DNA of 16,399 nt from assembly GCA_038208905.1 (NCBI GenBank), contig JBBQYG010000086.1:1-16399 (forward strand), in the 5' to 3' direction. This stretch comes from Candidatus Sumerlaeia bacterium. Its GTDB lineage: Bacteria; Sumerlaeota; Sumerlaeia; SLMS01. Shown here piece by piece: positions 1 to 7,731 of this stretch. Position 1 is the stretch's first letter, and every line of letters begins with the position of its first letter. The notes beneath the pieces were generated by a model that was given only the letters and a program-made list of their open reading frames with translations, had not been told where the DNA came from and did not search any database. The position numbers and the translations under genes were made by a program.

Positions 1-1975
1 GTCCAAGGACCTCGATGTCGTCTCGGGCACGTACTTCGTCGAGGCGGAGGGCTACAAGGGCGTGAACGCTCAGCCCGGGCGCATCCTGGACAACGCCGAT
101 CTGTATGGCAGCGACAAGCGGATGGGTGCCTCTTGGTCGGAGAAGTCCACCACCTTCCGCCTGTTCTCGCCGCTCGCGAGGAATGCCGCCGTGATGCTCT
201 TCGACGAGCCGACCGGCGCCAAGGGCCGCGCCGAGCATCCGATGGAGAATACCGGCAAGGGCGTTTGGGAGAAGACCATCGAGGGGAACCTCGAAGGAAA
301 GCACTACCGCCTCCGCGTCGAAACGGAGAAGTACGGCGTTCAGGAATTGAACGATCCCTTTGCGACCAACACAACGGGCGACGACGGCAATGCGCGCATC
401 ACCGACCTGCGCAAGACCGATCCCCCCGGATTCCGCCCCATCGCGCGGCCCGACTACGGCACCTCGCCGGTCGATGCCGTGATCTACCAGCTCCATATCC
501 GCGACTTTTCCATCAGCCCGACCTCCGGCGTCGCAGAGAATCTGCGCGGCAAGTACCTTGGCTTCGCGACTCAAGGCACCACCCTTCCCGGCAGCCCCGA
601 CATCAAGACGACGGTGGACCACCTGCGCGAGCTCGGCGTCACCCACGTCCAGCTTCAGCCGATGCAGGACTTCGACAACGAGGAGTTGAACACCGTCTAT
701 AACTGGGGATACATGACGGCCTTCTTCAACTCGCCCGAGGGATGGTTCGCCAGCGACATCCGCGGGACCCAGCGCATCAGCGAATTCAAGACGATGGTCG
801 CCGCCCTCAAGGATGCCGGAATCGGCGTGATCCTCGATGTGGTTTACAATCACACCGGGACTCAGAATACCTTCGAGAAGCTTTCCCCCAACTACTACCT
901 GCGCCAGCGCGACGACGGCTCGTTCTACAACGGTTCCGGCACGGGGAACGAGTTCCGCAGCGAGGCGCCCATGGGCCGCCGCTTCCTCGTCGAGTCATGC
1001 CGCTATTGGGTGGAGGAATACGGAATCGATGGGTTCCGCTTCGACCTGATGGGGCTCATCGACCTCGAGACGATGCAGGCCATCCGCAAGGAGGTCCAGT
1101 CCGTCTATCCGCAGGTCATGTTCTACGGCGAGCCCTGGGCAGCCACGGGCCCCGACGGTACGGGAATCGCCCGCATTGTTTACAAGGACGTTGTGAAGGG
1201 CACAGGCATCGGCGCCTTCAACGATCACTTCCGCGATTCCCTCAAGGGATCGCCCGACGGCGACGAGGTCGGCTACGTGCAGAACGGCAGCCGCAAGGAT
1301 GGTGTCGTGAAGGGTATCGCCGGCTCCGTGGACGACTGGTCCGCGAGCCCGGAGGAATCCATCAACTACGTATCCGTCCACGACAACCTCGACCTGTGGG
1401 ACAAACTCCTGAAGTCCGCCCCCAACGCCACCGAGGAGGAGCACATCCGCATGGTCAAGCTGGCCGGCGGCCTGCTCTCCGTTTCACAGGGGATCATGCT
1501 GCTCCATGGCGGCACCGACTTCCTGCGCTACAAGCAGGGGGCACACAACAGCTACAACGCCGGAGACGGCATCAACCAGATCGACTGGCAGCGCAAGAAG
1601 ACCTACTTCGCCGTGCACGAGTACTTCCGCGCGATCATCGCCATCCGCCGCGCGCATCCGATGTTCCGCCTCAGGACGGCGGACGACATCAGGGCGCGCC
1701 TGAGGTTTCATGAGGCGAAGTTGCCCGCTTCGGAAGCGATCGCGTTCACCCTCGATGGCGGCGGCATCGACGGCGAGGCATGGAGCAAGGCCGCGGTCCT
1801 CGTGAATCCCACGACGCGGGACCTGACCTTCGCCGTGCCGGTGGGCTTCGAGGGATCGCTGGCGTATATACACGACGGGGCCGCGAATCCCACTGGGCTG
1901 ACGGCGGCGGTGACCGGCGCAACGGTGATCGTGCCCGCCCGGAGCATGACCTTGCTTGCCGTGGGTGCGAAGTAG
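1..1975 (+). CDS. pulA: Type I pullulanase-like alpha-1,6-glucan debranching enzyme (GH13 with CBM48-like domain), 5'-partial
   Basis: The frame is open from position 2 (SKDLDVVSGTYFVEAEGYKG...) through the ORF-track GTG at 62, so the true start lies upstream of the window. A CBM48-like segment (GASWSEKSTTFRLFSP...GVWE...DPF) is present. Conserved GH13 motifs: IYQLHIRDFS, LGVTHVQLQP, YNWGY, ILDVVYNH, GFRFDLMG (nucleophile Asp), YGEPW (acid/base Glu) and NYVSVHDN. Stop TAG at 1973-1975. Confidence 0.88.
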   Translation, partial: SKDLDVVSGTYFVEAEGYKGVNAQPGRILDNADLYGSDKRMGASWSEKSTTFRLFSPLARNAAVMLFDEPTGAKGRAEHPMENTGKGVWEKTIEGNLEGKHYRLRVETEKYGVQELNDPFATNTTGDDGNARITDLRKTDPPGFRPIARPDYGTSPVDAVIYQLHIRDFSISPTSGVAENLRGKYLGFATQGTTLPGSPDIKTTVDHLRELGVTHVQLQPMQDFDNEELNTVYNWGYMTAFFNSPEGWFASDIRGTQRISEFKTMVAALKDAGIGVILDVVYNHTGTQNTFEKLSPNYYLRQRDDGSFYNGSGTGNEFRSEAPMGRRFLVESCRYWVEEYGIDGFRFDLMGLIDLETMQAIRKEVQSVYPQVMFYGEPWAATGPDGTGIARIVYKDVVKGTGIGAFNDHFRDSLKGSPDGDEVGYVQNGSRKDGVVKGIAGSVDDWSASPEESINYVSVHDNLDLWDKLLKSAPNATEEEHIRMVKLAGGLLSVSQGIMLLHGGTDFLRYKQGAHNSYNAGDGINQIDWQRKKTYFAVHEYFRAIIAIRRAHPMFRLRTADDIRARLRFHEAKLPASEAIAFTLDGGGIDGEAWSKAAVLVNPTTRDLTFAVPVGFEGSLAYIHDGAANPTGLTAAVTGATVIVPARSMTLLAVGAK

Positions 1976-1982
1976 CGCGGCG

Positions 1983-2879
1983 TCAGGACGCCGACTTCTC
2001 CCTGCGCTTCAGGAGCCTGACGGTATTGCCGTTTCCGAGGTACTCCACTTCGTCGAACTGGAACCTTGTCAGGAAAATTCCCCGCCCGTGCGTGGCGGCC
2101 AGAAAGTCCCCCACGGTTGGATCGGGTAGGGACTTCCAGTCGAAGCCCATCCCCTCGTCGGCGATGACCCATTCGCAAACGTCGCGGCTTAGATTGCCCA
2201 GTACTCGGATCCGCCTTGCCGCCAGCGCGGGGTCTTTCATTTTTTCTGCGATTAGTTCCAGAATGGAGCCCGTGGATTCATCGAGCGCCCGGGACTTCGC
2301 CTCGTAGTCGATGTCGAGATTGCCGTGCTCCAGCGCGTTCATCAGCATCTCCTCCAGCCCGAGTCGGATGCTGGGGAGAACGGCCTGTCCAAGGAAGATC
2401 GAAGCCTCGCGGGCGAGCATTTGCGAGAGCCGCGATATCAGCTCGATCCTGTTCGGTATTTCGATCTCCAGGCGGCGTGAGGCGATGGAGCGCATCAATT
2501 CGCCGTCGAGCTTGGTATCCTTGGCCACCAACTGGTGGCGGCTGAGAATGCGGGAGAATTCCGGCAGCATGATCGGCTTGCGAATATAGTCGCTGGCATG
2601 CGCTCGCAGCGCCTCGATGGCGTAGTTCTCGGATCCGAAGGCGGTCACGACCACCACGATCGCACCGGGATCCAGCTCGCGGATCTTGCGCAGGAGTTCC
2701 AGGCCGTCCATTCGCGGCATCTGGACGTCGGTGATCGTGATGTCGGGTGATTCGCGCTGGAACAACTCCAGCGCCGCAACGCCGTCGGGGGCCGACACGG
2801 GATCGTGCCCCATGATACGGACGGCCTCCTCGAGAAACTCGCGGCTGGAGTCGTCGTCTTCGGCGATGAGGATCTTCAT
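1983..2879 (-). CDS. Response regulator: N-terminal REC domain fused to an RsbW/SpoIIAB-like (HATPase_c_2) Ser/Thr kinase / anti-sigma domain
   Basis: 298 aa. REC motifs: MKILIAEDD, ITDVQMPRMDG (phospho-Asp), VVTAFG, YIRKP. C-terminal GHKL boxes: LEEMLMNALEHGN (N), IADEGMGFDW (G1), HGRGIFL (G2), YLGNGNTV. No HisKA H-box. Confidence 0.85.
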   Translation of the reverse strand: MKILIAEDDDSSREFLEEAVRIMGHDPVSAPDGVAALELFQRESPDITITDVQMPRMDGLELLRKIRELDPGAIVVVVTAFGSENYAIEALRAHASDYIRKPIMLPEFSRILSRHQLVAKDTKLDGELMRSIASRRLEIEIPNRIELISRLSQMLAREASIFLGQAVLPSIRLGLEEMLMNALEHGNLDIDYEAKSRALDESTGSILELIAEKMKDPALAARRIRVLGNLSRDVCEWVIADEGMGFDWKSLPDPTVGDFLAATHGRGIFLTRFQFDEVEYLGNGNTVRLLKRREKSAS

Positions 2880-2934
2880 TCGGGAGCGGCGACCTCGTGC
2901 ATTGATGAGTGCCCTGATCGGCGAGAATTGTTAG

Positions 2935-3954
2935 TCAAACGACTCTGGCAAAAGCATCGATGACCGCGGGATCGAACTGGCGACCACGCTGGGATGTGAT
3001 CTCGATGACCGCATCCTCATGCGACCACGCCTTCTTGTAGGGCCGGTTGTTCGTCAAGGCGTCATAGACATCGGCGACCGAGACGATCCGCCCGGAGGCG
3101 GGAATCGCGTCTCCGATGATTCCGTGATAGCCCTTGCCGTCGTATCGTTCGTGGTGACTGAGGGCGATTTCCTCGGCGAGATTTAGGAGGGCATGGGGGC
3201 TGCCGGCAAGTATGGCCGCCCCGATCTCGGTATGCCGCTTCATCACATCCCACTCGTCGGGGGTCAGTTTTCCCGGCTTTAGCAATATCTCGTCGGGAAT
3301 GCCGATCTTTCCAACATCGTGAAGGGGGGCGGCCTCCAGAAGCGTCTGGCAGAACTCGTTCTCCATCCCCATTGAGTCGGCAATCCGGGCCGAAAGGCTG
3401 CCCACGCGCATGATATGCTGCCCCGTGTCATCGTCGCGGTACTCGGCGGCGCGTGCCAGGCGCTTGACGATCTCGAGGCGCGTCTCATTCAGTTGGAGGG
3501 TGCGCGCCAGGACGCGCTCCTCCAAGGTATGGTTCTGTTCCGCGAGTCGCTCTTGGAGGCGATGCAGCTCCAGCAGGTTGTTGACTCGGAGGAGGACCTC
3601 CACGTTGTCGAAGGGCTTCGTCAGGAAATCGCGCGCCCCCAGCCCAAGGGCACGCCGCTTGGCCTCGAAGGTTATGTCTGCCGTCAGCATGATGGTCATC
3701 GGCGCGGCACCGCCGAAGTCCCTCGTTCTGACGTATTCGAGGATTTCGAAACCATCGGGGTGGGGCATATGCAGATCGAGCAGGATCAGGCAATACCGCT
3801 CCCTGCGAATCAGGTCCATGGCCCGCGCGGGATCTGTCGTTCCCGTGATTTCCAGTAAGCCGCCTCCGCGCAGGAGCATGTCGAGCAGGACCACGTTGGC
3901 CACCTCGTCGTCAACGACGAGAATCGGGCAGGCGGCGAGGCTCTCACCAAGCAT
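2935..3954 (-). CDS. RpfG-like response regulator, REC + HD-GYP cyclic-dinucleotide phosphodiesterase
   Basis: REC motifs: ILVVDDE, LLDLHMP, MLTAD, FLTKPF. A coiled-coil linker (LEERVLART) follows. HD-GYP motifs: AEYRDDDTGQHIMRV, LHDVGKIGIPDEILLKPGKLT, HHERYDGKGY, RIVSVADVYDALTNNRPYK, QFDP. ATG at 3954 is preferred over the ORF-track start at 4020 because it sits just before the REC beta1 strand and follows a GGGGG tract; 339 aa. Confidence 0.9.
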   Translation of the reverse strand: MLGESLAACPILVVDDEVANVVLLDMLLRGGGLLEITGTTDPARAMDLIRRERYCLILLDLHMPHPDGFEILEYVRTRDFGGAAPMTIMLTADITFEAKRRALGLGARDFLTKPFDNVEVLLRVNNLLELHRLQERLAEQNHTLEERVLARTLQLNETRLEIVKRLARAAEYRDDDTGQHIMRVGSLSARIADSMGMENEFCQTLLEAAPLHDVGKIGIPDEILLKPGKLTPDEWDVMKRHTEIGAAILAGSPHALLNLAEEIALSHHERYDGKGYHGIIGDAIPASGRIVSVADVYDALTNNRPYKKAWSHEDAVIEITSQRGRQFDPAVIDAFARVV

Positions 3955-4216
3955 AGCCAACCCCCATCGCCCGGTGGAGAAGGACTCCCGGGATCGGCTT
4001 ATAGCCTGAAAGATGTGCACGAACTAAAGCGACCACTGTCGGCATCATATCATCTCCTACAAAAGTGCCCGCCTTCCCGGATCGATACAGGACGATTGCA
4101 CCCACTGCATGCGAGCGCAAGCATTCTGAGTTGGAGCCGAACCGGAATCTGCCAGACGCTCAATACACACTTGCGCGCGCCGTTTCGATCTGGCCCACTG
4201 TCCAGACAGACGATCC

Positions 4217-7200
4217 TTGGGGCAAAAAGTGCCATCTGTCGATCCATATGGCGATCTCGTGCGCCGCGTCGAGGAACTTGAGCGGGAGAACGAACAACTC
4301 CGCGCGAGGCCCGACTCGCCTTCAAATGACGCCGAAATTGGCACCCGGCTGACCCTCGATGCCTTTCGCAAGCTCACGCTCGCGAGCGATACTCCCGCTT
4401 GGGTCACCGCCGCCGACGGGAAAATGACCTATGTGAATGCCGCATATCCCCGGATTTTCCACGTCAATTGCATCGATCCCCTGGGGCACCCGGTGGACGA
4501 GGTGGTTGCGCCCGCCCTTGCGAAGTCCTATCGTGATAACAACGAACACGTCCTGAAGACCGGCCAGCTTTTCCATACCGTTGAAGCGGCCCTTCGGGCC
4601 GACTGCAAGTTGGGCAAGTTCTTCTCCATCAAGTTCCCGGTCTTCCAGGACGACGGGGAAGTTGTCGTGGCGGGAATCGCCTTCGACGTCTCGGACTGGA
4701 TGGAGGCCGAGTCGGCCCTCGAGCTTCGGACGCGGCAACTCGAGAGCGCCCTCGATGAGATCAAGCGGCTACTCCAAAACTCTCCCGATGTGATTACTAC
4801 CATCGATGGAGACGGACGGTTCCAGCAAGTGAGCGGGGCGAGCATGGCCGTCTTTGGATATACGCCCGAGGAGCTCTTCGGCAAGAAGTTCATCGACATG
4901 GTGATTCCACAGGACCGGGAACGCACCATCGCCGAGTTTTCCGAGATCAAAGACGGGCGGCGCGCGCACGGCTTCAGCAACCGATACCTCCGGCGCGACG
5001 GTAAAATTGCAGACATCGACTGGTCTTCGCATTTTGTCGAAAAGCTTGATAGGACGTTTGCCATCGCGCGCGACGTAACAGTTAGCCGCCGCGAGGCGCG
5101 CCTTGCGGAACAGCGGCGCCGCGTCCTCGCCGCCATCGCGCGGGGCGACGCACTGCGCGAGGTGCTGCACGCGATCGCCCAGAATGTGGACGACCAGCAT
5201 CCCGGAATGCGCTGTGCCATCATGGTCATGGACGATCAGGGGGACGCCCTGCGGCTGGGCGCCGCCCCGGGGCTCTCCCGCGATTTCACCCGGCTTCTCG
5301 ATCATCTGCCTCTCGGACCCAATTCCGGCATCACTGGAATGGTGGTCGCCACCCGGGCACCCGTCTCCATCCCCTGCATCGCCGCCAGTTCGCACTGCGT
5401 CCAGTTTCATACCGTCGCTGATGAGGCCGGCCTCAAGGCCTGCTGGTCCACGCCAGTGATTTCCAGCCAAGGTAGGATTCTGGGCACCCTGATGGTTCTC
5501 ATCCCGGAGGAGCGCGTTCTCGCACCAAGCGAGGTGCATTCCCTCGAACCTCTGGTGGAACTCGCCAAGATCGCCCTCGAACGCCACCGCGATACAGAGC
5601 AGCTCCGGCTCCTGCTCTCCAGCGTGAACCGCCTAAACGACATGATCATTATCACCGAGGCGTCGCCCATCGATTTTCCAGGGCCGCGAATCCTCTTCGT
5701 CAACAACGCCGTTGAGAAACTGACCGGCTACACCCGTGAAGAGCTCGTCGGGAAAACTCCGCGAATCCTTCAGGGTCCCAACTCCAGTCGCGCCGCGCTG
5801 GACAGAATTCGCCACTCCCTCTCCACCTGGCAGCCCATCCGCGAGGAGTTGGTAAATTATACCAAGAGCGGCGAGGAATACTGGGTTGAAGTTCAGATCG
5901 TCCCCCTCGCCGACGACTGCGGATGGTGTACCCATTTCGTTGCGATCGAGCGCGACATCACGGCAAGACACTTGGCCGATGTGGCCGAACAGTCTCGCAT
6001 GGAACAGCAGACCGCCGTCGCCCAGCTCGGGCAGGAAGGCGTCCGCGTTGAGGAGTTCGACGGCTTCGCCGAGTTCGCGCTCAAGCTCGCCGTGCGGACT
6101 CTTGGCTGCGAGGACGGGCGTCTCCTCGAACTTGCGTCATCCGCCGGATCCTTCATCGTTCGCAAGAGCATTGGCTGGTCAATCGACGGGGACGGAAAGT
6201 CACTCCTGAATCCCAAGGACGCCCCCGCTTCAGTTCACGCCGCCCTCAACAACGTCTCTCTCCTAATCGACGATGTTAGTACCAACCTGCTCACTCAAGA
6301 TTCCACAATGCTCCGCGATCATGGGATCCGCAGCATGGCCCTTGTGGTGGTCCCGGGGCGCACGTCGGTCTATGGCGTCCTCACCGTCGAATCAAGGGAG
6401 TGGAACCACTTCGGGGAACGCGACCTCCGGTTTCTGGAGTCCGTTGCCACGATCCTCGCGGAAGTGATTGAGCGGAACAAGACGGAGGAGGAAATTCGAC
6501 TTCTGACCGCGGATCTGGAACGGCGCGTGGAGCTTCGCACCAGCCAACTGGAGGAAGCAACTCGCGAGGCCACCGTGGCGCGCGAGGAAGCAGAGCGTGC
6601 CAACAAGGCCAAGAGCGAATTTCTATCGCGGATGAGCCACGAGCTCCGCACTCCCCTCAATGCCATCCTCGGTTTCGGACAGATCCTGGAGATCAGCGCC
6701 ACCGGCAGCGACCAGAAGACCAGCGTCGGGCACATCCTCAAGGCCGGGCGCCACCTACTTTCCCTGATCGACGAGATTCTGGACATCTCGCGCATTGAGG
6801 CGGGTAATTTCCGCATCTCTTTCGAGGCGGTGGACGTGGGTCAATCTCTCGGCCAGGCCATCGACATGCTGAAGCCGGGCATGGAGGCCCGCGGGATTTC
6901 TCTGAACTTCGCGCGTGCCGACTGGAATGGCGCATTGGCAAAAGCAGACCCGAGCCGCCTTCGCCAGGTGCTTCTGAACCTCCTCTCAAATGCCCTCAAG
7001 TACAACCGCGATAAAGGCACAATAACCGTCTCGCGGGAGTCCACCGCGGAGGGCATGATCCGCCTGCGCATAACCGACACCGGCCCCGGGATTCCCAAGG
7101 AAATGCTGTGGCGGCTGTTCACGCCCTTCGACCGACTTGGCGCGGAGAAGAGCACGGTGGAGGGGTCCGGCCTCGGGCTCGTCCTCAGCCGCAGCCTCAT

Positions 7201-7720
7201 GGGGGCACTGGGGGGGCGCCTTGGCGTGGAGACGGAGGAGGGCAAGGGTGCAAGCTTCTACATCGATCTGCCCACAGCCGATCGGGGCGCGACCCCCGTC
7301 CCCTCCAGCGATGGATCGTCCTCGGGAATCGGTCACCTCGCTCTCGTCCGGAGGGAGCGGACCGTGCTCTGCATCGAGGACAATCTGCCGAATCTACAAC
7401 TCGTTGAGCGCATCCTCCGCTTTGCCGGGAATATCCGGCTGCTCTCTGCCATGCAGGGGCGCATCGGATTCGATCTTGCCGTGCAGAATAAGGTCGATCT
7501 CATTCTGCTGGACCTGAATCTGCCCGATATCGAAGGAACCAAGGTTCTTGAGATGCTCCGCGACAATCAATCCACGAGCGATGTGCCGGTCGTGATCATC
7601 ACAGCAGACGCATCTCAGGATCAGAACAAACGCCTCCTCGAGCTGGGTGCCTCCGCATACCTTACCAAGCCATTCGATGTCGGAGCCTTCATCGAAGTCC
7701 TTCGCCAACTACTCAAGTAG
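4217..7720 (+). CDS. Soluble multi-sensor hybrid histidine kinase (PAS-PAS-GAF-PAS/LOV-like-GAF-HisKA-HATPase-REC)
   Basis: 1167 aa with no evident transmembrane helix. PAS ends at AFDVS, ARDVT and ERDIT. GAF signatures ACWSTPVISSQGRILGTL and YGVLTVES...F..RDLRFLESVA. H-box FLSRMSHELRTPLNAILGF, N-box QVLLNLLSNALKY, G1 DTGPGI, G2 EGSGLGL. REC: IEDN, LLDLNLPD, TAD, YLTKPF. The start is uncertain (TTG 4217 or GTG 4229). Confidence 0.92.
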   Translation: MGQKVPSVDPYGDLVRRVEELERENEQLRARPDSPSNDAEIGTRLTLDAFRKLTLASDTPAWVTAADGKMTYVNAAYPRIFHVNCIDPLGHPVDEVVAPALAKSYRDNNEHVLKTGQLFHTVEAALRADCKLGKFFSIKFPVFQDDGEVVVAGIAFDVSDWMEAESALELRTRQLESALDEIKRLLQNSPDVITTIDGDGRFQQVSGASMAVFGYTPEELFGKKFIDMVIPQDRERTIAEFSEIKDGRRAHGFSNRYLRRDGKIADIDWSSHFVEKLDRTFAIARDVTVSRREARLAEQRRRVLAAIARGDALREVLHAIAQNVDDQHPGMRCAIMVMDDQGDALRLGAAPGLSRDFTRLLDHLPLGPNSGITGMVVATRAPVSIPCIAASSHCVQFHTVADEAGLKACWSTPVISSQGRILGTLMVLIPEERVLAPSEVHSLEPLVELAKIALERHRDTEQLRLLLSSVNRLNDMIIITEASPIDFPGPRILFVNNAVEKLTGYTREELVGKTPRILQGPNSSRAALDRIRHSLSTWQPIREELVNYTKSGEEYWVEVQIVPLADDCGWCTHFVAIERDITARHLADVAEQSRMEQQTAVAQLGQEGVRVEEFDGFAEFALKLAVRTLGCEDGRLLELASSAGSFIVRKSIGWSIDGDGKSLLNPKDAPASVHAALNNVSLLIDDVSTNLLTQDSTMLRDHGIRSMALVVVPGRTSVYGVLTVESREWNHFGERDLRFLESVATILAEVIERNKTEEEIRLLTADLERRVELRTSQLEEATREATVAREEAERANKAKSEFLSRMSHELRTPLNAILGFGQILEISATGSDQKTSVGHILKAGRHLLSLIDEILDISRIEAGNFRISFEAVDVGQSLGQAIDMLKPGMEARGISLNFARADWNGALAKADPSRLRQVLLNLLSNALKYNRDKGTITVSRESTAEGMIRLRITDTGPGIPKEMLWRLFTPFDRLGAEKSTVEGSGLGLVLSRSLMGALGGRLGVETEEGKGASFYIDLPTADRGATPVPSSDGSSSGIGHLALVRRERTVLCIEDNLPNLQLVERILRFAGNIRLLSAMQGRIGFDLAVQNKVDLILLDLNLPDIEGTKVLEMLRDNQSTSDVPVVIITADASQDQNKRLLELGASAYLTKPFDVGAFIEVLRQLLK

Positions 7721-7724
7721 GGAG
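7719..7724 (+). promoter_or_regulatory. Shine-Dalgarno site of the stand-alone receiver gene
   Basis: AGGGAG overlaps the kinase stop codon and lies 7 nt before ATG 7732, consistent with co-transcription and translational coupling. Confidence 0.6.
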
Positions 7725-7731
7725 CATCGCC

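Noticed and set aside
62..64. GTG at 62 as the pullulanase start
   Set aside because: The frame is open to the window edge with typical codon usage, so the gene is most likely truncated by the window.
1981..2022. 7 bp inverted repeat CGTCAGG...CCTGACG at the pullulanase/regulator convergence
   Set aside because: The loop is 28 nt, it lies within coding sequence, there is no U-tract, and it is plausible by chance.
3955..4216. c-di-GMP riboswitch, sigma-54 or sigma-70 promoter in the divergent spacer
   Set aside because: I could not find a GEMM-like two-hairpin structure, a correctly spaced TGGCAC-N5-TTGC, or a well-spaced -35/-10 pair. An Infernal/Rfam scan would settle the riboswitch question.
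4015..4407. Small ORFs in or across the divergent spacer
   Set aside because: No RBS or motif support; they overlap the kinase start and the probable promoter region.
5750..5776. Calling the kinase a canonical blue-light LOV photoreceptor
   Set aside because: The adduct-forming Cys and the conserved Gln are absent, so it is reported only as LOV-like.
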